A stretch of DNA of 63,944 nucleotides, filler included, from Saprolegnia diclina VS20 (Eukaryota): assembly GCF_000281045.1 (NCBI RefSeq). It is 4 parts of 2 records of this genome, joined end to end, with 100 filler letters (N's around TTAATTAATTAA, not from the genome) between each part and the next. Parts side by side here need not be neighbours in the genome. Positions count along the whole stretch, not along the records: positions 1 to 18,385 come from NW_008246101.1; 3 more parts are not named here. One strand, 5' to 3'. The notes under the pieces were generated by a model that ran no database searches, was not told the origin of the DNA, and saw only the letters and a program-made list of their open reading frames with translations. Shown in pieces: positions 1 to 10,035 of this stretch. The translations under genes were made by a program, and so were the position numbers. How positions within the stretch are numbered: position 1 is the stretch's first letter; each line of letters starts with the position of its first letter.

Positions 1-346
1 TCGGTATCGCTTGGTGTATCTCCTCGCGCACCGGGTCGGCGCTCGAGATGATTCGCTGGATACGACGAAGACTTAGTGGTACTTGGTGGACGATACGCAG
101 CTCTCGGGTAGTGAAAACGCCTTCGGATGCCGCCGCGATAAGACGCTGCGTCGCCTCTTTGCTGAGTTTGGGCTTGGGACCTGACCGCTTCACCGTGTTG
201 TACGCAGCCGGGTCCTTTAAAAAGTAGTTGACAACTTGCGGAGACCGGCGGAGCTGCCTTGCGATTGCCCGCTGTGAGATACCCGTCTGGTTCAACGCCA
301 AAATGCGCTCGCGCTCGTCGATCGTCAGCGTCGTTCCACGTGGCAT
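1..346 (-). mobile_element. Tc3/Tc1-like transposase N-terminal HTH DNA-binding domain (runs off the window edge)
   Basis: Manual translation from ATG at 346: MPRGTTLTIDERERILALNQTGISQRAIARQLRRSPQVVNYFLKDPAAYNTVKRSGPKPKLS..., matching the Tc3 pattern MPRG..LS..ER...LKDP..Y. No DDE domain is visible in the window. Confidence 0.8.
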
Positions 347-933
347 GCGTTATCCACTACAGGTATAGATGAATGCATCAACTGACGAGTCAAGACAGCA
401 TGAAGCGACTTGCTACAGCACCGTCGATATGGTCCCGTGAACCTTTAGCTAGTGCGTTACTGTACCTGCTGATTTTGCACTTTGTCGACAATTGCGAAAT
501 GACGAAGCCAGCGTGCCTGTCGTTTTTGCACCCAATCAACATGCTTCAATTTGGCGCGTCACGAATCCCATTGGCTCCCTAAATAGTGTGTGTACGTATA
601 GCCATTTCGCACAGAATGCTGCCATGACCCGAGTTCCTTTGCCACGACCAGCTTCGGACGTCTCTCACGACTAGACTGGTAGCGCTAAAACGAAGCTATG
701 CACCGTGCAAACCCGTTAGCCACTCGTATCAGACGCATATTGGTGAGAGAAATGACAAGGATTCCCGCCTACTCGCACGCAACCCACGCCAAGCGAGGAA
801 TGAAAGAACCTCCTCCTCGCTCTACAAGTAGGCATCGACGTAGGCTCGTCCTTGTCAGCACAACGAGATCATGAGACGCGTTCAAATATATATTACATAA
901 TTCAAGAGCCGTCGGTGCTCCGACAACGAAGCG

Positions 934-1737
934 CTACGCCTCTCGATCGTGCTCGGTACGATCGCAGACGACTACGTAGTCGCGGTCATTGGCCGGCGGC
1001 ATGCGCGCGTCAACAAACTCGAGCCACGTTGTTGCTTTGGTAGCTTGTCGTCGGCTCCGACCACCCGTTTTATGCGTTGTGGACGTTAGCGCCACGATGC
1101 ACGCTTCGTCGTCCTCGAGGTAGCTGCTTGCGCGCAGTGCACGCGTCGTCTCGGTGAGGCGCAATTGCAATACAAAGGCAAAGTAAGCCGCGAGCACTGG
1201 TGTCGCTTCTTCAAAGCGGAACGACACCATGCGCAGACCGTAGCCGTCTTGGAACGAAAACACAACTCCATCGGAGGGCGATGTGGCAGCGGCAAGGTCG
1301 GCGGCGAGCGACGGGAAGAAGAGGCCGAGCACAGCCGAGAGCGGCAGCCTAAAATACACATTTGCAACGAGATACAAGGAGCGTGCGTCGTACCAGAGCT
1401 CACGGCACGCAAAGTTGGTCACGTCAGCCGCAATGGCGCAGTGCTTTTCATGGAATGGACCGCGGTCCGGGAAGAGCCCGACAATGTCTTGGATCGACGC
1501 GCCAAAACGCACCGTGGACGCGAGCCAGTCACAGAGGTGGGCCCGGGCGGCGCGGCCGGCGCAGTCGCGAAAGTGGTCGGCGAACGCGACCAAGCCGGCC
1601 TCGGACGTCACGTCGATGGGGCAGCGCCACGCGCAATGGCGGCAGTGGCTCCACCGGCAGTGCGCGCTGTGCTGCCAACTGCTGTGGGCAAACACGCAGG
1701 CGCATTCGGACGTCGACTCGGCAGCTTGCATCATCAT
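934..1737 (-). CDS. Uncharacterised protein with Cys/His-rich N-terminus (tandem family, copy 1)
   Basis: 267-aa ATG ORF with clear paralogy to the frames at 2749-3626 (WQH..C.W.HCR.CAW, HF..CAGR, GLRM.S.RF.E, EF.DA..PP.N.R.Y). Confidence 0.75.
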   Translation of the reverse strand: MMMQAAESTSECACVFAHSSWQHSAHCRWSHCRHCAWRCPIDVTSEAGLVAFADHFRDCAGRAARAHLCDWLASTVRFGASIQDIVGLFPDRGPFHEKHCAIAADVTNFACRELWYDARSLYLVANVYFRLPLSAVLGLFFPSLAADLAAATSPSDGVVFSFQDGYGLRMVSFRFEEATPVLAAYFAFVLQLRLTETTRALRASSYLEDDEACIVALTSTTHKTGGRSRRQATKATTWLEFVDARMPPANDRDYVVVCDRTEHDREA

Positions 1738-2335
1738 GATGGTTGACGAGCAAAAGGCAAACTGAGATCGAACGCCATTTTTCTGGTGGAATGCAGAGTG
1801 GGATTACAACCCAACACTAGCTCAGCGACAACTCAGCGAACCGCTAACCTCGCGACTCGATTTTTATCGTGGAACCAACGCGCTATCAGAATTAGCTATC
1901 AGAATTAGCTATCAGCACGCCATGGAGCGGCTACGAGCCATCGCGAGCAGGGCCAACAACAACGTAGATCCAAGCACCGTATGTCCAGTGTCGTTGGTTG
2001 TTGGGCGGGATTGCAGCACTGGATTGATGTCACACAGTGCTGTCCAACCGTCGTGGGACAGATACCAATCGTTGCAGAGTGTCCACTGTCGTTGTTGTTC
2101 CAGTGAGTCGAAGTGTCCACTGTCGTTGGGAGAACCATGAGAACCACGAGAATGACCTCTGCCGCCTCTTCCTCGTCCATCCTCGAGCCAACGTCACTGG
2201 CTGCTTTGACGCGACGACACGGAATTGAAGTCGACGATCCAAATGGAATTCTCATTTTCTAGATTGTCAATCGAACACAATTTGAAACACCAAAATCCGA
2301 GAATGACGGTCGGTTCGAACGCAGAATCGAAGCCG

Positions 2336-2735
2336 CTAGCTAATCGCGCACTTCTTGTGGCGGCGGTGCTTGCCAGGCTCGGTCGGCACCACGTCGCGCA
2401 TCGCAGCCGTGACGCTGTGCGCGTCAAAGACCTCGAGCAATGTCGTTGGGCGGTCGAGCATTGTGGCGCTCAAACTCAAAACATGGTTGTCGACGCGTGC
2501 GATGCCGTCGCCGTCCATATTGAGAGGTAGCTGGACGAGACCGGAGAGGTACGCGAGGATGCGTGGTATACTGCCGCTGGCCGTCGGTTCCTCGAAAAAC
2601 CGCAGCGATGTGAGCACGAGACCGGTGCCCGGCTCAAAGACGAAGAGCACCTCGTCGTTCGCGTTGAGCCCCGGGGGCAGGCACGGAAAGCGCGTTGCCA
2701 CCGCTGCAAGTGGCCCCCTATCAGTAGAGACTTGA
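2336..2735 (-). pseudogene. 5'-truncated third paralog of the tandem family (C-terminal half only)
   Basis: VLFVFEPGTGLVLTSLRFFEEP...ILAYLSGLVQL...LEVFDAH aligns by eye with both neighbours. No ATG or N-terminal half is present. Confidence 0.6.
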
Positions 2736-2748
2736 GTTCTCTAGCTTT

Positions 2749-3626
2749 CTAGCTAGCTCTATACCGAAGCGTCGTGTGACCGTCGGGACTCATCGTGGCA
2801 GGCCAGTCAAGGAGGCGTTGAGCAGCCTCGAGGGAGGTGCCCAGGGGCAGCGGAAGCCAGCGCTCAAGGACTGCGTGCGTTGGTGGCAGCGGGAGGTAGT
2901 TGCGGTTGTTCACAGGCGGGCGGTGTGCATCTGCAAACTCGAGGACGGTCAAGAGCACGTTGGGGTTCTCGTCGGCGTGGTATCCCCGAGGGCCAAGCGA
3001 GATCAGCGTCGTAGCGTCGGGCGTGAGGAACGCTGCGTCGAGGTGCTCGTCCAGCTGCACTTGGAAGAGCCGAGCAAAGTATGCGAGTGCTGTCGGTATG
3101 TCCGTCGGTGTCGACGGCTCAAAGAACCGCAGCGAGATCATGCGCAATCCACAGCCTTTCTCGAAGAGGAAGCACGCGTAGTCGCCTTGCTGGAGTGTGC
3201 GCGGAAGGAACCGAAAGTGGTGCGCGACCTCGGCCAGCGGCACCCTACGCCACCGTTGTAAGCTTATCGAGCACGAGCGTTGTACCAGAAGTAGATGCAA
3301 TGAAAGTTGGTCACTTCGGGCGCGACGGGGCAGCGCCGCTCGTGGTACACGCCGCGATACTCGGGCAAGAGGGCAGAGACTTCTTCGACGGTGGCACCGA
3401 ATGCGAGTGGCCCCACGAGCCAATTGTCGAGGTGCGCTGCGTGGCGGCGGCCGGCGCAAACTGCAAAGTGGGCGGTGAACGCAGAAAAGCCGGCGTCCGA
3501 CGCCATCTCATGCGGGTCGCACCAGGCACACATGCGGCAGTGCGTCCAGGCGCATGCATCAACATGCTGCCACGTCCCATTGGCAAACGCACAACCGCAC
3601 GCCGTCGTCGTCGTCGTCTCCGCCAT
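2749..3626 (-). pseudogene. Tandem family copy 2, frameshifted near 3265-3285
   Basis: The N-half (MAETTTTTACGCAFANGTWQH...FWYNARAR*) and C-half (...RVPLAEVAHHF...GLRMISLRFFE...) are in different frames but together align to copy 1. No GT-AG intron is obvious at the break; it could be a sequencing error. Confidence 0.65.
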
Positions 3627-4138
3627 CCTGAATACCGAGGGCAGCTCCTGTTGTCGTTTGGTTGTCATCCCAGCTGGGCCGCTGACCAACATTCTCGTCT
3701 GCCGAGTGATTGTCGGACTGGCGGGCACTCGTGGTGCGGCTCTAGACGGCTGCCGCTGCGGAGTGCAGTCACTGGCTTATGCCATTCTGCGTAAGGTGTA
3801 AATGTAATCCAATTTGGCCTGCTCTAACTACTGTAGTGGCGACGCCGTCGCGCCCGCCTGATTCAGAAAATACGCACCGTGTTCGACTTTATCGGTGCTT
3901 GTTAGGGCTTCTGCTCTATGTATGATTAGGTGCTCTTCTCGGTAGCTCTCAACTTGGTGCACTTTTCCACCGACGACAACTCAAGCAACAGCTCGCAGTA
4001 TTGACATAGACCAGGAGTTGTCCGCCCTGGTCCTTCGAGATGCAGTGAATAGCAATGCCAAATCGATATATAGAGATACCATTTTGGTGGTCTTAACAGC
4101 GAAAATGCATCGACGAGACCCAACGAGAAGTTGATTCC

Positions 4139-4912
4139 TTAGGCGCTTTGGACGCCCGTCGCCACCCGCGACGCATGGTGCAGAAGACGTTCTTCGAGGC
4201 TCTCGCGCTCGCGAGAGAGTTGCATTAGCTGGCGCTGGAGAGCGTGCACCTTGACGTCGTTCGCCTGGAGGTGGAAAGCCACTTGGTCCAAGCAGCGCGG
4301 CAGGTCCTTCTGGACCATATTGGTGATCGTCGCCCACTGCGCATTCGCGGCCGCCGCTTGCTCGTAGCGCTGGAGCAGTGTCGCGTAGTCGGCGAGGCGC
4401 GTCGAAAGCAACGTGTGCTGGCGCACATTGAACGCTCGCGCCGACAAGCACGCGGTTAACGTCACCCGGCACTCGGCCTCGACGTCCACGACCCGGCGCC
4501 AAGCATCGACGTCCTTGGACCGGTCGCCGGAAATGGACACATTGTCTTCTTCCTTCTCTTCTTCCTCGTCTTGGTCTTCGCTGTCGTCGTCATCGGGCGA
4601 CCACGGAAGCGGCGTCGGGCGGCCGGTGGCACTCATCCACGGAAACGACTTGCGGGCGAGGGCAACGACAGGCTCCAGAAGGTGCCGCGTCCGCGCGGTT
4701 GGCTCCGAGTAGCGCCGAACGCGCGGACTCTGGATCGTCGAGAAGAAGGTCGTCGAAACCCCGCGCGGCGTCGGCATCCTGTCGATCCGAAACTCCTTTG
4801 GCGAGCGTATTCTCGGTGTCGATGACGAAACGTCGTCATCTCCTGCACCAGGATATAGCCGTCCTCGGTGCTTGGTCATAGATTTGCCAGTGTTGGAGTG
4901 GTGGCGATGCAT
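4139..4912 (-). CDS. Hypothetical protein with acidic tract and C-terminal coiled coil
   Basis: 257-aa ATG ORF with GC3-rich codons and a heptad-like C-terminus. Confidence 0.6.
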   Translation of the reverse strand: MHRHHSNTGKSMTKHRGRLYPGAGDDDVSSSTPRIRSPKEFRIDRMPTPRGVSTTFFSTIQSPRVRRYSEPTARTRHLLEPVVALARKSFPWMSATGRPTPLPWSPDDDDSEDQDEEEEKEEDNVSISGDRSKDVDAWRRVVDVEAECRVTLTACLSARAFNVRQHTLLSTRLADYATLLQRYEQAAAANAQWATITNMVQKDLPRCLDQVAFHLQANDVKVHALQRQLMQLSRERESLEERLLHHASRVATGVQSA

Positions 4913-5541
4913 CAGTCATCCCATCGGCGCTGTATACCAACGTGGTGTTTTATCCGACGACATTTTTGAGCCCGAGTTTGAGGCATATCTCGGGCTCAAC
5001 TGCTTGCATCGCTAGCAGTCAGTCGTCCACACCGGCTTCAACATGAGGATGCTAGGATGCCGCCGTTGGACTGCCGGTAGGTCATGGGTGCCGCCCCTTC
5101 GAATGTCGAATGTCCAATGACCGTGACGCTGCAGAACCCGTAGCTTTTCGCTGCGAAATGCCGACACCAGCACGAAAGATGCTCTGACCACGCTGCCGCG
5201 CGTACTCTGTCACTTGTCGTCGCTTGGCCCCACGACCACAGCCATGGGCTACGCGGCAAGCTCGGCTGATTCCGCTTCGTCTGGACGATGTCTGCATGGC
5301 CATGCTGAGTTCGGCAGTGACATGACGAGACTTGGCCGCTGTGTTGACACTACCAGAAACTGCACGTGCAAGGCGTGAGACAGCAACGCGATCCAAGGTC
5401 ACCCGAGCGTCCTCTAGTTTTGCTACGACAAAAGCGCCAAGAACCAACAACACTGCAATGGTAGGCCATTCGAAAAATGGTTTCAAGGATGGACAGAATG
5501 GTCATACTCAATCGAGATAAATACGCTATAATAGGAGGACG

Positions 5542-5958
5542 CTAGGCCGCACTGCACGACGACGGCCCCGACGACGACGATGACGATGAAGACGACGATG
5601 CAGATGACACAGTGACAGGGGCCACGGACGGCTCAACCTCAAAATCGTAGACAGGTTGCGCGATCGGCGTCGTGCCCGTCATGTAGACGCCGACTTCGTC
5701 CGTCGACGAGATTGTGTCGCGGCCCTCTTCGATAAAGACGATGACGGGGACGCCCATGATGATGTTGGCTTCGAGCTTTTCTTGCTCGGTGCGGCAGAGG
5801 CGGCCGCAGACCAAGAAGAAGATGGTGCCGAGTGCAATGGGGACGCAGATGAGGAGGCCAATGTAGAGAAACTTGCCGCTGTCGCCATTGCCCAAGAGCT
5901 GGGCCGACGCCGCCTGGAGGGACGCGGCGAGCACGAGCAGAACGAGTTGATGCTGCAT
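5542..5958 (-). CDS. Small type-I membrane protein (signal peptide, one TM helix, Ser-rich tail)
   Basis: MQHQLVLLVLAASLQAASA signal, then TM FLYIGLLICVPIALGTIFFLVC, a basic stop-transfer stretch and a poly-Ser tail. Confidence 0.65.
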   Translation of the reverse strand: MQHQLVLLVLAASLQAASAQLLGNGDSGKFLYIGLLICVPIALGTIFFLVCGRLCRTEQEKLEANIIMGVPVIVFIEEGRDTISSTDEVGVYMTGTTPIAQPVYDFEVEPSVAPVTVSSASSSSSSSSSSGPSSCSAA

Positions 5959-6699
5959 GGTTCGAAAACGAAAAGTGAGATAAGCGCGAGCGATCTTATG
6001 CCATCGATTGGTCGGCGGCGGAACATTCGCACGGCGCACAGCGGCCGCGTGCCACATCGCTTTCGAACGGGTGTCGAATCTCGGCTTCGTTTATGGCGCC
6101 ACGTCACGAGCGCGACGCCAGCTGGGCCACTGGGCACATTGAGACAGACGACACACAGTTGCCGCCGGTCGTCCGACCTGCCAAGCCTCCTCCCGACCGA
6201 GGACTTAGTCGACTGGAGTTCCGGTATATGCAGCCAAAACACATTGCTCTGGATGACGGCGGCGCATCGTCCGTTCGAGGCCGTGCCATGCGAGGACGCG
6301 GGTTCGAAGTGCAGCACAAAGAGACACGGCGTGGTGGCTGGACGAGGACAGGAAGGCCGCAGACGCCGCTTGGGCAGTGACAGGGCGCGCATGGGACACT
6401 TTAACGTGGTCCCAATGCGTGCGTTTTATTGGACCACTCCTAAATAACCCACATTTCGCGAGAATCCAGTACGGGATTCCGTGCCGTGTCGCCGTTCCCC
6501 AGAGAAGGCCTTTTCTCTCACTGGGTGGACCGGGTGCACGGGAATGTACTAGTATAATGTTATATCGCTTGCCCGGGTGTCACCACAGAAACTACACTTT
6601 CGGCTAAAATAACCTGAGCCCAATAATATCCTCCTGCATACATCTTGTCTTCCAATATCCCGTGTATTTATCCCGTGAAAATGCTACTGGTAGAGGTCA

Positions 6700-8770
6700 T
6701 TACATGAGCACGCAGCTGCCTTCGTTGTTGGCGCTGGCGTCGGCTTTTTCCTCGGCCGTATCGTCGACCCGCGCCTTCTTCTTCTTCTCGACAGCGCTGC
6801 GCAGAGCGTCGACGTCCTGCATCGAGAGGACGCTGCTGTTGCGCAACACGACGGTCTCGGTCGTGCCGGCCACGAGCGACGGGATCTCGACGCTGATCTT
6901 GGCTTCCTCGGCCGCGTCGTGGAGGCCCAAGAGCCCGGCCATCGACGCGTTCACAAAGCCGGGGGCGGTCTTGAGCATGGCGTTCATCGCTTCAAGGCCG
7001 CGCGTGAGCCAGAGCAGGTCCGAGACCAGCGGCGTGCTGGGTTCGCCGTGGCGGAAGAGCATCGGCGTCGGGTACATGCCGTGCGCAATGCGGCAGCCGT
7101 GCCTACGGAGCTCGAATGATATATCGCAACGAGAGACGTGACGCGTACGCGTCGATCGCGTCGAGGTCGTCAAACGGCATGGACGTGACGCCGCCAAAAA
7201 ACACCGAGAGCTCGCGCGCGCCCCAGTTGTGCGCCTTCTTGCCGTCGTCGCTTGCCGCTGCGATCGTAGGGTCGACGCAGTTGACCTTGTGGTCCTTCCA
7301 GTGGCTCCGCTATCCATGGTTTCATTTTTATATCAATATATCAATGTATCAATACCTGGCATGTCGCGTCGCAGTAAAAGACGCACTGGCAACGCGTGCA
7401 GCGCTTGAGGTCGGCACCCGCCGGCGCCTTCTTGTCGCACGCCGCGCACCTGCGCAAACTCGGGTTCTCCATGAGCGCGAGGGTTTGGCCTACACCGCCA
7501 TTGCATCCATTACTCTATCCCACGTGACAACTCAATCCAAGTACCGGGCGGCAACACGCGGCGCTGGAGGTCGGTGCGCGTAAAGAACAAGGCGAGGCCT
7601 AGCCCACGCACCGTAAGCAAGGATGTCGGAGGAAGCGGACGACGCACCCTTGAGACTCTCTTCGTTCGGGTCCTCCGTGTGGCCGAGCACCGAGACGTAG
7701 ACCGACCCGCCTTGCACCTACGCCAGGGTCAGTAGTGTATAGCACAAGCAGAAAATGCGCACCGAAGCGTTGGGCTTGGAGCTCAGCGAAAGCGACGACG
7801 TGGTATCGATCTGAATCGACTGCCGCTCGACAAGCTTGCGCCACGGCGAGAGGTCGACGAACGTTGCGCAGGCCTCGTACCACGCCTGGATCGCATCGGC
7901 GGGCAGCGGCAGGCCCGGCTTCTCGCTCACCGAGCCGATGGACGCCAGGTCCTTGCGCACCAAGTGGCCTGAGAGCTCGCTAGATGCAACATGGGATAGT
8001 ACGGGTTTGGAGGAGCGAGGCGGCTACGTACGAAATGCACGCGTCGATACCGTCCGACTCGGTGAGGTACGTGCACTCGATGCCAAGGGCAGCGTACGAC
8101 AGCCGGAGCTGGCCCACGAGCGCCTTGTCGGCAAACACAATCTTGTCCGGTCGGTGCTGCGGGATCTTGGACGGCGGGTCCGCCATCGCGTTGAGCGAGA
8201 GCTCGAGGATCTCGCGCGCCGACGGGTAGACCTCGGGCGGGTCGCAAATCTTCTTCGAGACGACCTATTTCGCAGGGTGTATGATGATGATGATGCGAGT
8301 GGGAGAGGCAAGATGTACCTGGCCGAGCGGGTAGATGTTGTTGACGAGGATCGCGTACGGCCGGCACGGAATCGCATCGTCGCCTTCTTCAGCGCCCTGG
8401 CTCGACGCCGACCACACGCGCAGCTTGCGCACGACGATCTGCCAGATCTCCTGCTTGGTCTGGTCAAGCTTCTTGAACTTGTCGAGCTGGCCGCGCGTCA
8501 GCAGCATCTGATCGACGATCTCAATGTCGGCTACGAGGTCGCGCCATAAGGCCATGCATGCGCCATGTCCATCGTACCGTCGCCCGAGTGGTCGTACTGG
8601 GTCTGGCTCTGGACTGGCACGGCCGTGTCATCGTCGTCGTCGTCCTAGCATCGCCGCGCCCATGAGGCCCACGCCCTGCCTGCGCTCGCTGGCCTTAGCA
8701 TCCAGCGTACCTTGAAGTTGTCCCATTTCTGGTACTTCTTGGAGAGGAACTCGTTCTCGAGGTGGGCCAT
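6700..8770 (-). CDS. Multi-exon MYND-type zinc finger protein
   Basis: Spliced model starts MAHLENEFLSKKYQKWDNFK|DDDDDD. The MYND finger CAACDKKAPAGADLKRCTRCQCVFYCDATCQ|RSHWKDHKVNC is reconstructed across the intron at ~7311-7355. Several GT..AG introns of ~45-65 nt. Confidence 0.8.
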
Positions 8771-8917
8771 CGCGCTGCCTGACGTCAAATGCTGCTGTCA
8801 ACTTCGAGACAATTCCGTGCAGTCTCTCTTCTTTGATATTGTCAGACATGCGTTTTAAGAGGTTTCACAACGGGCCAATCATTGCGCGCCTCCGCGTATC
8901 TTGTGCGAAACGACGCG

Positions 8918-9792
8918 ATGACCAAGGACAAGGACGAGCCGACGGTCGTGGCCGTGACGTCGGGCTGGAGTCGGCGGAGCGTCGGCGTCTTTCTCGAGTC
9001 ACCCGAAGCGCAGCTCGTCATGATTGCGCTCATCACGCTTGACGTCGGGTCGGCGCTCCTCAGCGCGTACCTCGATCTCGGCGCGTCGCTCGGGGCGTCG
9101 GCCGTCGTCGCCAACCGTGTCCTTCAGTCGCTCTCGGGGTTTACCCAAGTCGCGTTCCTGCTTGAAATCGCAGCGCTTGTAGCGGTATTTGAACTCGCAT
9201 TCTTCTCGCACATTGGCTACTGCCTTGACATGGGCGTGGTCGCGTTCGCGTTTTCGTACGAGCTCCAGTACGCGTCCGCAGGTACGCTCTTCCCACTCGC
9301 GCGTCGCTCACAAGCACGTTGCATATAGTCATGCGGGTGCTGGGGTGTCTGCGGTACTGGCGGGTGTGTCGCTTTGTATGGACACTGCTGGCGCACGAAG
9401 CCGCCAAGACCGAGGCCGTCGCGACGCAGCTCGACGCCGAAAAACAGGTACACGGTCTTGTGTGTTAGACTGTTATTGAGCCAACAACTTCTATCCCGCA
9501 GAAAACACAGCAGCTCGAGATGGTGAGCCGACAGCTCCACGAGTCTCTTTCCAAAGAACACAGTGCCACCGCACAGCTCAACCGGACGCTGCAAGAGTAC
9601 AAGGACGAGATCGATACGCTCAAGGAAGCGTTGACGATTGCGGCTACGGCCATGGCTCGTCAAGCTCAAAATGACCTTGACGAAGCAGAGAGCGAGGACG
9701 ACGACGACGACGAAGAAGATACCGCCAGTGCCCTTCGCAGTCCTCGCCTCGCCACTGACGACTTGAGCGAGTTTCAAGACGCCTCGCCGTGA
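8918..9792 (+). CDS. Hv1-like voltage-gated proton channel (voltage-sensor domain + coiled coil), 3 exons
   Basis: Exons 8918-9281, 9329-9447, 9502-9792. S1 LITLDVGS, S2 AFLLEI, S3 CLDMGVVAFAFSYE, S4 MRVLGCLRYWRVCRF (RxWRxxR), C-terminal coiled coil, no pore domain. Confidence 0.8.
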
Positions 9793-10035
9793 GAGGCCCT
9801 CGCTCGTGATGGCGCGTGTCGAGAAGACACTATTTCGTCCATCCAAGTAATACTATGACGTTTCACAGCTGATATTAAGGACACTTTGTGTCGTGATTGG
9901 GTCCCAAGGGCTGTCAACGGTTTCCGTTGAGCCGGTGAGGTCGACGGAGCCAATCCCACGCCAGCGTAGCCAAGATGGCGTCTGCGGTTGAGAGCGCGTG
10001 GCGTGAGCATTTAAGATTCCAAGGTGCACAAGTGA

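Noticed and set aside
1980..2130. CRISPR-like repeat/spacer appearance
   Set aside because: The repeats are short, degenerate and unevenly spaced; the context is eukaryotic and no cas genes are present.
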